Source: Longimicrobiales bacterium
GTDB taxonomy: Bacteria; Gemmatimonadota; Gemmatimonadetes; Longimicrobiales; Gaopeijiaceae
Assembly: GCA_965203485.1 (NCBI GenBank)
Contig: OZ241892.1
Coordinates: 2,240,001-2,304,000 of the forward strand
Reading direction: 5' to 3'
Length of the DNA stretch: 64,000 nucleotides
Shown here: piece by piece, positions 1 to 10,400 of the stretch
Numbering within the stretch: the stretch's first letter is position 1
Layout: each line of letters begins with the position of its first letter
The notes under the pieces: model-generated
What the model was told of the DNA's origin: nothing
The model's input: the letters and a program-made list of their open reading frames with translations, nothing else
The model's database searches: none
Program-made: the position numbers and the translations under genes

Positions 1-45
1 CGCCGGACAGCGCCTCCCGGCGAGCCTCATCGAGGAGAGAGACGG

Positions 46-561
46 ATGAAGTGCACGACAGGCGGTACTGGACGGGTCGGCGCCTGGATCGCGGCGGCGG
101 CGGTGGCGGTCGCCGCGCCGCTGGGCGCGCAGGAAGGCGGGTCCGCGCGGATCGCCGACATCGAGAAGATCGAGGCGGCGGCCGCCAAGCAGCTGGCGAG
201 CGACGGCGACTGGAGCCGCGCCGCGGCGCTGTTCCGCGAGGCGGCCGGGTTGCGGCCTGCGGGCGACGCGACGGCGGTGGCGGACCTGCTGCGGGCGGGG
301 CGGATCGCGTTCTACGAGGGCCGCGAGCGGCAGGCGGTGCGCGACTTCGAGGCGGCGGGCGAGCGGGCGCTCGAGCGCGGCGACGTGATCGGGGCGGCCG
401 ACGCGTTCACCGACGCGGCATGGGTGGCGCGGGCCGACGGCCGGCGCGCCGAGGCGAACGCGTTGCTGGCGAGGGCGCAGCTGCTCGCGAACTCGCCGTT
501 GCTCGAGCGCGGCGCGCGCGACCGGTTGCGGGCGAGATGGGGGGTGGCCGGCGCGCTGTAG
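46..561 (+). CDS. Secreted alpha-helical (TPR-like) hypothetical protein, paralog A
   Basis: ATG at 46 with GAGGAG upstream; signal peptide ending ...APLGA/QE; Ala-rich helical pattern; strong similarity to 742..1245. Confidence 0.8.
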   Translation: MKCTTGGTGRVGAWIAAAAVAVAAPLGAQEGGSARIADIEKIEAAAAKQLASDGDWSRAAALFREAAGLRPAGDATAVADLLRAGRIAFYEGRERQAVRDFEAAGERALERGDVIGAADAFTDAAWVARADGRRAEANALLARAQLLANSPLLERGARDRLRARWGVAGAL

Positions 562-588
562 GGCCGGGAGCGCCGCGGGCGGGCGTGC

Positions 589-614
589 GAAACTCTTGCG
601 GCGCTTGCGGCGTA
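589..614 (+). promoter_or_regulatory. Putative ECF-sigma promoter (GAAAC-N17-CGTA) upstream of paralog B
   Basis: gaaac at 589-593 and cgta at 611-614 resemble the AAC/CGT ECF consensus. Confidence 0.4.
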
Positions 615-741
615 GTTCTTCGGCAGGCGGAGCGGCCCGGCTCCTCGAGGGGCCGGGCGGCCCGCCGGCTTCCGGGCAGGCGAGCCGACCAACAAGGCGC
701 TCGGGAGACACTGATCATGCATTCCGAGGAGAAGCACACCG

Positions 742-1245
742 ATGAAGAGCACCACTGGATGGATTCGCGCCGGGCTGGCCGTGCTGGCGCTGACGGTCGC
801 GGCGCCGCTGGCGGCGCAGAACGGCGGGACGCCGGCGGGCGAGATCGAGAAGATCGAGGCGAAGGCGGCGAAGGAGCTGGACGAGGGGGGCAACTGGGGC
901 CGGGCGGCGTCGTTGTTCCGGCGGGCGGCCGAGTTGCGGCCTGCGGGCGACGCGACGGCGGTGTCGGACTTGCTGCGGGCCGGGCGGCTCGCGTTCTACG
1001 AGGGGCACGAGCGGCAGGCGGTGCGCGACTTCGAGGCGGCGGGCGAGCGGGCGCTCGAGCGCGGCGACGTGATCGCGGCGGCCAACGCGTTCGCCGACGC
1101 GGCGTGGGTGGCCGAGGCGGACGGGGACGGCGCGAAGGCCGGCGAGCTGCTGGCGCGCGCGCGGCTCTTGGCGAACTCGCCGTTGCTGGGCGAGGGCGCC
1201 CGCAACCAGCTGAGGACGAGGTGGGAGGTGGCCGGCATCCAGTAG
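742..1245 (+). CDS. Secreted alpha-helical (TPR-like) hypothetical protein, paralog B
   Basis: GAGGAG RBS and ATG; signal peptide ending ...APLAA/QN; core nearly identical to 46..561. Confidence 0.8.
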   Translation: MKSTTGWIRAGLAVLALTVAAPLAAQNGGTPAGEIEKIEAKAAKELDEGGNWGRAASLFRRAAELRPAGDATAVSDLLRAGRLAFYEGHERQAVRDFEAAGERALERGDVIAAANAFADAAWVAEADGDGAKAGELLARARLLANSPLLGEGARNQLRTRWEVAGIQ

Positions 1246-1262
1246 GAGGCCGGGGGGAGGGG

Positions 1263-1349
1263 CCGCCGGGCCGCGGCCCTCGGGCCCGGCCCGGCGGATT
1301 CCCGTTCGGCGGGGCGTCTCCCCAGCGGAGGCGCCCCGCCTTCTTCTTT
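1263..1349 (+). terminator. Two hairpins between convergent genes; the second is a likely intrinsic terminator
   Basis: Stem 1263-1273/1287-1297; stem ggcggggcgtctcc (1308-1321) with ggaggcgccccgcc (1327-1340), followed by ttcttcttt. Confidence 0.7.
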
Positions 1350-1356
1350 GTCGGGC

Positions 1357-2220
1357 CTACTCGCCCGTGAACCGAGGGGACCGCTTCTCCAGAAAGGCCG
1401 CCACGCCCTCGCGGTAGTCGCTGGTGCGGCAGGACTCGTAGGGTTCGCGGCGCTCGTCCGCGGCCAGCGGAGCCGGGTCGGCCAACCTGCGCACGAACTT
1501 CTTGTGCCAGCGGTTCACCTGCGGCGCGCCCGCCATGATCGATTCGGCCACAGTGCGCGCGGCCACCGCGACCTCGGCATCGGGCACGACGCGATGCACA
1601 ACCCCGATCTCGCGCGCGCGGCCGGCGTTCGCCAGGTCGCCGGCCAGCAGGATCTCCAGCAACGTGCCCGAGCCGACGGCGGCCAGCACGGGAGCCATCT
1701 CCTCGTAGGCCATCGCCAGGCCCAAGCGGTTGACGGGAGCCCCGAAGCGGCTCGAGTGCCCGCACACCCGCACGTCGCAGCAGCAGGCGACGATCAAGCC
1801 GCCGCCTGCGCACACGCCCTCGACCGCGGCCACGGTGGGATGAGGGCAACTCCAGACTCCGTCGATGCCGGAGCGAACCGCCTCCGCGTACCGGGCGACG
1901 TCGTCGGCCTCCATGCGGTGCGCCGCGAAGCTACCGATGTCCGACCCCGCCGAGAACGCTCGCCCGCCCGCTCCCCGCACCAGCACGCACTGCACTGAAT
2001 CGTCCGCCGCCAGCTTGCGGAAGACCTCGCCCAGCCGTTCCCAGCCACGCCGGTCCAGCACGTTCATCTTCTCAGCGTGGTCGAGCGTGACCGTGGCCAG
2101 CGCGCCGTCTCGCTCCATGTGCACGCGGTCCCTGGAGGCCGACGGCACGGCGCCACCGCCCGGCGAGGGCTCCGCAACACGGCTCGGACGCTCCCGGCCG
2201 GGCCCCGGCGCGGCCCTCAT
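1357..2220 (-). CDS. Enoyl-CoA hydratase/isomerase (crotonase) family protein
   Basis: Motifs AFSAGSDI, PTVAAVEGVCAGGG, DYREGVAAFLEKRSPRF; ATG at 2220 overlaps the dctM stop (ATGA). Confidence 0.9.
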   Translation of the reverse strand: MRAAPGPGRERPSRVAEPSPGGGAVPSASRDRVHMERDGALATVTLDHAEKMNVLDRRGWERLGEVFRKLAADDSVQCVLVRGAGGRAFSAGSDIGSFAAHRMEADDVARYAEAVRSGIDGVWSCPHPTVAAVEGVCAGGGLIVACCCDVRVCGHSSRFGAPVNRLGLAMAYEEMAPVLAAVGSGTLLEILLAGDLANAGRAREIGVVHRVVPDAEVAVAARTVAESIMAGAPQVNRWHKKFVRRLADPAPLAADERREPYESCRTSDYREGVAAFLEKRSPRFTGE

Positions 2221-3497
2221 CGGTAGAAAGCCTCCACCAGCGTGAGCGAGAACGCCGGCACGTAGGTCACCAAGGCGAGAATGGCCAGCAACACGCCGAT
2301 GAACCAGAGGTTGGTGCGCGTGGTGCTCCAAATTCCGGTCTTGGCGACCGAGCATGCGGTAACGAGCACCGAGGCGACGGGAGGCGTCTGCTGCCCCACG
2401 CCGAGGTTGAGCGCGACGATCATTCCGAAGTGGACGGCGTCGATGCCGGCCGCCTCCACCAGCGGCATCGCAATGGGAACGACCAGGATGATCGCCGCCG
2501 CGGAGTGCAGGAAGAGGCCGAGGAGAAGCAGGAACCCGTTGAGCATGGCCAGAATCGCCAACCGCGACTCGGTGACTCCCATGATCGTCTCGACGATGCG
2601 CTGGGGCGCCCGCACCTCGGTCAGGTAGTCGCCCAAAAGCGCCGACGAGGCAACGAGAAGCATCACTACGGCCGTCTGCGATCCGGACTCGACCACCGCG
2701 CGCGCCAGCTTCTCGCGCGTCAGGCCCCGGTAGGCGACGCCTCCGACCAACAACGCGGCCACGACGGCCAAGGCGGCGCCTTCGGTCGCCGTCACCCAGC
2801 CGCTGAAGATGCCGCCCAAGATGATCACGGGCAGGACGAGCGACCAGCCGGCCTCCTTGAACGTGGCCCGGACGCGGTGCAACCGAAACGCCTGGTCGGC
2901 TTCCAGCTTCGCCCGCCGGGCCCACAGATAGGCCACGAACATCATGAGAAGCCCGCCCAAGGCCCCCGGCACGATGCCTGCCACGAACAGCTCGACGACC
3001 GACGCGCCCGACATGACGCCGTAGAGGATCAACGGAATCGAAGGCGGGATGATCACCGCCAGCGTCGCCGAAGACGAGGTCACCGCGGCCGCAAAGTCCG
3101 GCGAGTAGCCCTTCTTCTTCATTGCGGGGATCAGGATCGACCCCAAGGCCGCCACGTCCGCGACCGCGCTCCCCGATATCTCGGCGAAGAACATGGAAGC
3201 GGCGATGCTCACGGTCGCCAGTCCGCCCCGGATGAAGCCGAAGACCGCGGACGCGAAGGCCACGAGGCGCGTCGAAATGCCGGACGCGTTCATGATCGCA
3301 CCCGCCAGGATGAAGAGCGGAATGGCGATCAGAGGGAATTTGGTGGCGCCTGAAAACATGACCAGCGCGACGTTGGGGAGCGCACCGAACCCCGACGACG
3401 CCACGATGGCCGTCGCGGCCATCAGGCCCAGCGCGACGGCGATGGGCACGTTGGCCAGAACGAGCAACAGAAGGAGGACGACGAGCCCGGCGGTCAT
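2217..3497 (-). CDS. dctM: TRAP transporter large permease
   Basis: AIPLFILAGAIMN, ISGSAVAD, IIPPSIPLILYG, GQQTPPV; many TM helices. Confidence 0.95.
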   Translation of the reverse strand: MTAGLVVLLLLLVLANVPIAVALGLMAATAIVASSGFGALPNVALVMFSGATKFPLIAIPLFILAGAIMNASGISTRLVAFASAVFGFIRGGLATVSIAASMFFAEISGSAVADVAALGSILIPAMKKKGYSPDFAAAVTSSSATLAVIIPPSIPLILYGVMSGASVVELFVAGIVPGALGGLLMMFVAYLWARRAKLEADQAFRLHRVRATFKEAGWSLVLPVIILGGIFSGWVTATEGAALAVVAALLVGGVAYRGLTREKLARAVVESGSQTAVVMLLVASSALLGDYLTEVRAPQRIVETIMGVTESRLAILAMLNGFLLLLGLFLHSAAAIILVVPIAMPLVEAAGIDAVHFGMIVALNLGVGQQTPPVASVLVTACSVAKTGIWSTTRTNLWFIGVLLAILALVTYVPAFSLTLVEAFYR

Positions 3498-3525
3498 CGG
3501 GCTGCGAGTGCGCCGCTGGCGAGGG

Positions 3526-4095
3526 TCATCCGGAGACGCGTTGCCCGGGGCGGCCGGAATCGTCCGTCGCCGGGGCCACCGCCCCTTCGGTCGCCGACGA
3601 AGCGCCGGACAACACTCCGGGGAGGCTCGCGAGCTGGGCGGCGACGAAAAGCGCCGCGCCGATCGGTATGACGGACTGGGCAAGCGCGGCAGGCACGGCC
3701 GGCATGCTGACGAGCATGGTGCCGGCCAGCGCGTGCTGGACTTGCCATCCCGCCCAGGCCAGGAGGGCGAAGAAGCCGACGACCGCGACTTCGCCCCCGA
3801 TCACGACCGTCGCGCGCGCCCGCCCCCGCAAGCTGTCGACCAGCGTCGGCACGCCAATGTGGCCTCGCCGCAACGCCACCAGCGCGGCGCCGTAGTAGGT
3901 GAGCCACGCCAACAGGATCGACGCCGCCTCGTCGTACCAGACGAACGCCCGGCCCGCCTTCCGCGACGCAACGCCCAACAGCACGACCAGGACCAGCGCC
4001 GAAACCAGCGCCGCCACGACTCCGGCGAGCACCCTCTCGAACCAGCGCCGCCAGCCCAGGCGCGGTCCGGCAACCCGCCCGGCAGGGGCCCCCAT
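3526..4095 (-). CDS. dctQ: TRAP transporter small permease (start uncertain, could extend to 4167)
   Basis: About 4 TM; WYDEAASILLAWLTYYGAALVALRRGHI; lies between dctP and dctM. Confidence 0.85.
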   Translation of the reverse strand: MGAPAGRVAGPRLGWRRWFERVLAGVVAALVSALVLVVLLGVASRKAGRAFVWYDEAASILLAWLTYYGAALVALRRGHIGVPTLVDSLRGRARATVVIGGEVAVVGFFALLAWAGWQVQHALAGTMLVSMPAVPAALAQSVIPIGAALFVAAQLASLPGVLSGASSATEGAVAPATDDSGRPGQRVSG

Positions 4096-4173
4096 ATCGG
4101 GATCGGCAAGGCGGGCGACATGGCGATCAGCGGGCGGTGCGGCGGCCCGCCCGGTGGGGGCCACCACGCCCCC

Positions 4174-5205
4174 CTAGCGGTAGGCCAGCGGCAAAGCCAG
4201 CGCGACGAGCTCGCCGCCGTCCGGCACCGTCGCCCCGAACTCGTCGTAGATCGTTTGGCTGCTCTCCAGGAACCGAGAGCGGTCCACGGTGTTGACCTGC
4301 ACGCCCGCCGCGGCAATCTGGTCGACCAGCTCCGCATCGAGCTGCGCCGCCCGCTCGTGCACGAACGCCTGTACTTCCCTTGCTTCTTCCTCCAGCACGA
4401 TCCGCACGGCGGCAGGCAACCTGGACCACGCTTCGGCGGAGGCCGTCAGGTACGCGGGCGTGTAGACATGGCCCGTGAGCGAAAGGTATTCCTGCGCTTC
4501 GTAGAGCCGCGATGCGTGGATCTGCGAGAGCGGGTTCTCCTGGCCGTCCACCACGCCCGTCTTGAGCGCTATGAACACCTCGGACAAGGCCATCGGCGTC
4601 GGATTGGCGCCGAACTGCTGAAAGAGCTTGATGCGCCAAGTGCCGCGAGGGGTACGCAATTTGACGCCTGCGAGATCCTCCGGTCCGTGCACCGGGCGGA
4701 CGTTGTTCGTGACGTGGCGGAAGCCGTTTTCCCAGACGGCCAGGATGCGGTACCCCTCCTCCTCGGCCAGGGGCGCGAGCCGGGACCAGAAGATATCCTC
4801 CTCGATGCGCCTCATGTGCTCGCGGCTGCGCACGAGATACGGCATCTCGAAGAGGCCGAAGGCGTCGATGCGGGACGACATGATCGACGACGGTAGCGCC
4901 AAGTCCACCGTCCCCAGCTTCAGCTTTTGCAACAATATGTCGTCGCCGCCCAACTGGCTGGATCCGTAGACTACGACCTCACCCAGGCCCCCGACCGCCA
5001 AGCGCGCGTTGGCGCGGGTCGCGAATTCCTCGGCCGAAAGGGCAAAAAGGGAACCCGGCGCACCGACATGGCCCAACTTGATCTCGACCGGGCCCGCGGG
5101 AGCGCTCTCGCCGCAACCGACTAGCACCCACCCCCAAAGAAGGGAGCCCGCCGCACGCAACTTTCGCGTGGCCGCCCATCCCCCGCGCGCCTTGCCCAGT
5201 CTCAT
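4174..5205 (-). CDS. dctP: TRAP substrate-binding lipoprotein
   Basis: Lipobox LVGC; WENGFRH, DLAGVKLRTP, ALKTGVVDGQENP. Confidence 0.93.
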   Translation of the reverse strand: MRLGKARGGWAATRKLRAAGSLLWGWVLVGCGESAPAGPVEIKLGHVGAPGSLFALSAEEFATRANARLAVGGLGEVVVYGSSQLGGDDILLQKLKLGTVDLALPSSIMSSRIDAFGLFEMPYLVRSREHMRRIEEDIFWSRLAPLAEEEGYRILAVWENGFRHVTNNVRPVHGPEDLAGVKLRTPRGTWRIKLFQQFGANPTPMALSEVFIALKTGVVDGQENPLSQIHASRLYEAQEYLSLTGHVYTPAYLTASAEAWSRLPAAVRIVLEEEAREVQAFVHERAAQLDAELVDQIAAAGVQVNTVDRSRFLESSQTIYDEFGATVPDGGELVALALPLAYR

Positions 5206-5302
5206 GCTCGCGCGGGATGGACAGGGAAGGAGGCCCCTCGGACCATTGCCGTCCGAGGGACCCCTTCCGTTGCCCTGCCCCTCAATCCCGTTACGAGACC
5301 CT

Positions 5303-5806
5303 TCACCGGATGCCGGTGCGTACCTCCAACTCGAGATCCGACAATACCGGCCGATATTGCTCGCGCACTTGGTCCGGCAATGGTCCCCGGTGCCAGTCCG
5401 CATTCGCCACCGACGTCACCTCGTTCTCGACTTGCCACCAAACGCGGTATATGCCGTCGCCACCCGATTGCAGGTCCAGCAGGCTCCCGTTGATCACGAT
5501 GCGGGAGCGCGCACCCGTCACGCCAGCCCCCTCTTCGGTGGCCATCACTTGGCGAGCCTTCCACACGGACTCAAAGCGGATCTCGCGGTCTCCCATCTCG
5601 GCCTGTTCGCGTCGCATCTCTATCGAATGCTTTCGAAACACCTTGTCCACGGCCCCCCTCAAAGTCGGGCGCGTGACGCGACCTAGGTCCGTTCGCCAAT
5701 AGGAGTCAGAGACTGCCGCGCCGCCGCCGGACGCACACCCCGTTGACAGGAGCCCCAGGAGCGACATGGCAGATACCGCGGTCCGGGGCCAAGAACGCAT
5801 GGCCAT
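5303..5806 (-). CDS. Hypothetical lipoprotein downstream of SusD
   Basis: Lipobox LSTGC; ATG at 5806 lies 2 bp after the SusD stop. Confidence 0.7.
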   Translation of the reverse strand: MAMRSWPRTAVSAMSLLGLLSTGCASGGGAAVSDSYWRTDLGRVTRPTLRGAVDKVFRKHSIEMRREQAEMGDREIRFESVWKARQVMATEEGAGVTGARSRIVINGSLLDLQSGGDGIYRVWWQVENEVTSVANADWHRGPLPDQVREQYRPVLSDLELEVRTGIR

Positions 5807-5808
5807 TC

Positions 5809-7476
5809 TTACCAACGCCGTACGCCGACGTGATCGTCGGGCCGCTCCATCGTGCGTTCTCTGATCGCCTCCATTGCGGCACGCTTCGCCTTTATGGCTG
5901 CGGGACTCACGTCGCCCAGGAAGTGCCGGTCCACGATGGACGGCGCCGAGCCTGCATTGTCGCCACCGAAAGTGTACATGTCGATCAGCAGGATCTCCAA
6001 CTCGCTTCCCGGAATGGGAAGCTGCTCCCAGGTTCTCGGAACCAAGTCGCCCCAACCACGATCGTCGAAATACTCCGTCCCGAAACCGTAGTGGAACAAC
6101 TCGATGCGCTTCTCGTACTTCAGCGCCTCCCACAGATCCCCGCAGGATCCGTCCGGCATTTGCGGCACGCATCGTGTTCCGCCCGGCGCGGGTCCGTTCG
6201 GATCGGTGAACGGCGGCAACCCACCTTTCTCCGTTCTGTACTTGTTCACCGTCGCCATTGCCGCCCCTCTGTCGCCAAGCCGGTAGCTAGCCTCGGCCGC
6301 TAGGAAGTCGAGTTCCTTTTGCGTCAGATCCGGATACTTGCCGATAAAGCTGACCGGCACGCGCAGGTGGTCCCAGCGAAAGTCGATGTAGTTTGAATAG
6401 TGATAGATGCCGCGATCCGCCGGGAACGGACTATTGCCCATATAGAGGATGTAGTGACCGGTGGTGTCGGTCACTCCTGCCACGCGTTGGTCGTCCGTGT
6501 CGATGTCGAACGGCGTCTTCTCATTCGGCGACGCGTTGATCCAACGCTCCCATTCGCCGGAGGCGTCGGACGGGCCAATCGTCCTGTAGTCGATCCTCGC
6601 CCACCCACGCCACGTAGCGGTGTGCAATTTGGACCGATGCCAAGCCCAATTGCCGCCGGCCGTGTAGTTTCCGCCGTAGGTCGCCGATATGCCGGCGTTG
6701 GCGTCCCGAAGCACCGCTGACCAGTCCACGAGCTCGCGCTCGCTGGGCATCCTCGCCACCTGCGTGCGGTATCGGGCCCGGTACGCCCGAGCGATCTCTT
6801 CCATGCGCGCCCCGCTCCACTCGCCGTCGTATCCGACCCATTCCGACGGAATCGTGAAGCCCCCGCCCGCTGCCATCTGAATGGCCTCGCCAAACTTGGC
6901 GTCGGCCACGTCCCAGACAGCATTGTAGTCGATCAACTCCGCGTTGGCCACGTCATCGACGGTCTCGTCGATAATGAAGCCCCGGTCGAAGACCACTGCC
7001 ACGTTCGCCAGCGACAACGCCTGGATGAGCTTACCGAACGCCAAAGCTCTGTCGGTATTGTCGGGGCCGCCTTCGTCCTGAATCCGCGTGCCGTTCTCGA
7101 TAGCGAGAAACCCGTCCCGCACAGCCACTAAACTGCGGTACGAGAACGTCCACGGCGATTCCGCCATATTGTTGTTGCCGTACGAGGGTGAATTGTTGTA
7201 CGCTTGGCGAGGTTCCTGTCCAGAGTCCCGCATGCCCCAATTGCCCCAGGACGACGAATGCGCGTCGGCGGCGACGCTCAACGCGCTCGCCGGAAAACTG
7301 TGGTGCGACGTTCCCCACCAGCTCTGGAAGCCGCCTGCAATCAATGCCTCGACGTCACCAGGACTCGCCAACGCCCGGCCTCGATCCGGATCGTTCTGAT
7401 TGACGACCTCGAGATCGGCGCACGCACCGACCAGCAATGAGGACAGCACCAGTGCTACTGCTTTTCTTCTCTTCAT
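5809..7476 (-). CDS. RagB/SusD-family outer-membrane lipoprotein
   Basis: Lipobox VGAC then DLEVVNQNDP; C-terminal LKYEKRIELF...YFDDRGWG...LPIP; directly after SusC. Confidence 0.88.
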   Translation of the reverse strand: MKRRKAVALVLSSLLVGACADLEVVNQNDPDRGRALASPGDVEALIAGGFQSWWGTSHHSFPASALSVAADAHSSSWGNWGMRDSGQEPRQAYNNSPSYGNNNMAESPWTFSYRSLVAVRDGFLAIENGTRIQDEGGPDNTDRALAFGKLIQALSLANVAVVFDRGFIIDETVDDVANAELIDYNAVWDVADAKFGEAIQMAAGGGFTIPSEWVGYDGEWSGARMEEIARAYRARYRTQVARMPSERELVDWSAVLRDANAGISATYGGNYTAGGNWAWHRSKLHTATWRGWARIDYRTIGPSDASGEWERWINASPNEKTPFDIDTDDQRVAGVTDTTGHYILYMGNSPFPADRGIYHYSNYIDFRWDHLRVPVSFIGKYPDLTQKELDFLAAEASYRLGDRGAAMATVNKYRTEKGGLPPFTDPNGPAPGGTRCVPQMPDGSCGDLWEALKYEKRIELFHYGFGTEYFDDRGWGDLVPRTWEQLPIPGSELEILLIDMYTFGGDNAGSAPSIVDRHFLGDVSPAAIKAKRAAMEAIRERTMERPDDHVGVRRW

Positions 7477-7489
7477 TTCGTCGCGCCCC

Positions 7490-10400
7490 CTAGAAGATGA
7501 TTTGCAGGCTGGCCGAAAATACTCGCGAATTCGGATAGCCGTAGCTGTCGACACGTCCGATTACTTGCGAGCCGGCATTGTTGTTGCTGCTGTCGTCGGT
7601 CAATGCTACCTCTGGATCGTAGCCACTGTAATCCGTAAACGTCAGGAGATTGCGTCCCAGCAGGTTTACGTCCAGGGCAGTGACCTTGCCGCGGAAGATG
7701 GAGTCCAGCCAGTCGGGGTTGAGCGAATACCGGATGGATGCCTCTCTAAGTTTGATGAAAGTGCCGTTTTCCACGAACCAGGAATTTACGGCGTTCGTGT
7801 TGTACAGAATCTGATAGTACGCGACGGGCTTCTTCATCTCGTCCGCCTTGCCGAACTGGTCTTGGTCGCCAGACCTGTTCTCTCGGTACGCCCATTGACG
7901 TGTCCTGTTGTAGATGTCGCCCCCGAACTCGGCGTCGAGCAATGCGTAGACTTCCAGTCCTTTCCAGCGGAAGCTGTTACGCCAGCTCACGTTGATGTCG
8001 GGTCTCGTGTTGCCCATGTAGAGGAAGTCGGTGCATCCCGCGCCGCCCTGACGCCGCGTCTCGCACTCGCCGAACATTCGAATGGGCATTCCCCATTTGA
8101 AGACATCGTCGCCCGTCGCGCCTTCGCTGTCGGTGCCCCAGAGACTCTTGCTTACTCCGTCGGTGTAGCTGTTTCCGCTTCCGACGTACACCATGAGGCC
8201 GTCGTCGTTGACCTGAAATTGCCCGCATGGCGCACCTGCCGGAAGATCATCGCAGGACTGAGCCCACTTGGCGCCGTAGAAGGCGCCGAAGACCTCGCCG
8301 TCGCGATAGTAGAAAAAGCCTCTGCGGAACGCCGAACGATTGAGTTCGGTGATCTCTTCCGAAAAGCTGTCGAGGTTGATGCGCATGCTCCATGAAAGGT
8401 CTTCGCGTTCCACGATTGGGCTCTCGACGAAGAACTCCCAACCCTTGGACTCCAGCGTGCCTGCATTCTGCCACTGCGAACCGAACCCGGCAACGCTGGG
8501 AAGCGGCACTTGAACCAACTGGTCGGTCGAGATCGTCTGGGCGTAGGTGAAGCCCGTGCTCAACTTGTTGAACAGCAAGACGTCCACGCCGTATTCGTTC
8601 TCGGACGACCGCTGGGGCTTGAGCTCCTTGTTGCCCAGCGTTATGGGCGTAATGGCCGTCCCGGTGACGCTGTAGGTCTCGTATTGGGCCACGAATCTCG
8701 GCCGACGACCTGCGGTTCCTTGAGACCAGCGTAGCTTGAATTCGTCTATCGACTCGAACGGCCACCAGTCTTCCTGAGACATCCGGTAGGCCAGAGAAGC
8801 TCGGTAGTAGGTTTGCCACCGCTGGTTCTCTCCGAAAAGGCTGGACCCATCTCGGCGAACCAAGCCACCAACGATGTACTTGCCCTTGTAGTCCACGTCG
8901 CCGATCAGGAAGTAGGACTCGCCGATCACGTCCTGTATCCAGGAACTGGCGTCGTGGTTGCCCTCCGCAAAGTTGTTCAAGCGGGGAACGCCGGTCGCGG
9001 TAAAGTCGTTGCCACTCGCCGCAAAGTTCTCATAATGGCTGTCTTCTCGCTGATATCGGGCACGGGCGCGCGTCGAGAAATCGCCGAAGGCCCTCTGTAC
9101 GGAAGCCGTGGCCTCGGCGTTGATGGATCGCCGGTGCGCTTGATATCTGCCATAGGAGCCGGACGTAATCCCCCCCTCGAACGTTTCCCGGCCCGCGGGC
9201 GCAAGATTGTGCTCACTGAAGCTGTTGCGATCCAAGCCAAAGAGACCCTCCACATCGAACCACGAAGCCGGACGCCAACGCGTGTTGAACGCGGCCTTGA
9301 CGTTGTGCTGATAATCGCGGTAATCCAGCAATTCGAAGTGATACAGCGGGTTGTCCTGGCCTGACAGCGGATCGGGGTTCACGTAGAGACACCCCTGCGG
9401 GGGGCAGTGCGGCTTTCCGATCGAAGTTGGATCCCGTTTGAGCAAGTCGACGTACGGACCCATGAAGGTCAGATCGAAGAACGGCGAACTGCCCAGATCG
9501 TCTTGCTCGGATTGCGTGTAGGCGGTGCTCAAGGAGACGTCCAGGTTGTCGCGAACTTGGTGGTCCACGTTCAAGCGGAAGCCATTGCGTACGAAGCCGT
9601 CGTTGTAGTCCGGCAACACGCCCAATTCCGAGTTGCGGTCAAAAGACGCTCGGTAATTCGTGCGTCCGGATTGCCCCGACGTGGCGAAGTGGTTGGACAA
9701 GTACGTCCCGGGCGAATAAATGCGTTGCACGTGGTCGTAAAGGGGCAAACGGCTCGGCCACGGATTGTCTTGGAACGACGTATTGACGTCGCCGCTCTCC
9801 AATCCGGGAGTTCCGACGTCTGGTTCCGTAAAGTCCGGGATCAGCTCGCCCTTCACGTCAAGCAACTCGCCCGAGGAATCCGTGGCCCAGGGATGGTATT
9901 TCGACAGCTGGATGGACCCGGCGAGCCGCGCCTGTCCCAATTCGTTGCGCGCGATGATGCGGCTGTAGTCCCCACCGAAGCTGCCTCCACGCTTGGTTCG
10001 GATCTGGACGACTCCGTTCGCCGCGCGGGAACCGTAGAGCGCCGCGCCCGCCGCCCCCTTCACGACCTCCATGGACTCGATGTCCAAGGTCGCCAATTGG
10101 TCGAAAGAGGTCGAAGAGATGATGCCGTCGACAACAATCAGGGGGCTCTGCGTGCCCGAGATCGAGGTCGCCCCCCGGAGCAGGATCCCTCCTGTTGCGC
10201 CTGGTTGCCCCGAGGCGCGAACAACTTTGACTCCAGGCACCTTCCCCGTCAGGAACGACTCCGCCGAGATCGCGGGCACCGGCGCGGCCGCCACGTCGAC
10301 CTTCTCGACCGTGAAGGGGAGCTTGACCCGGGGCGTCGCCCGGCTCACGCCCGTCACCACGAGTTCCTGCATGCGGATCGCCTCTCCGGCGAGTTCGGCG

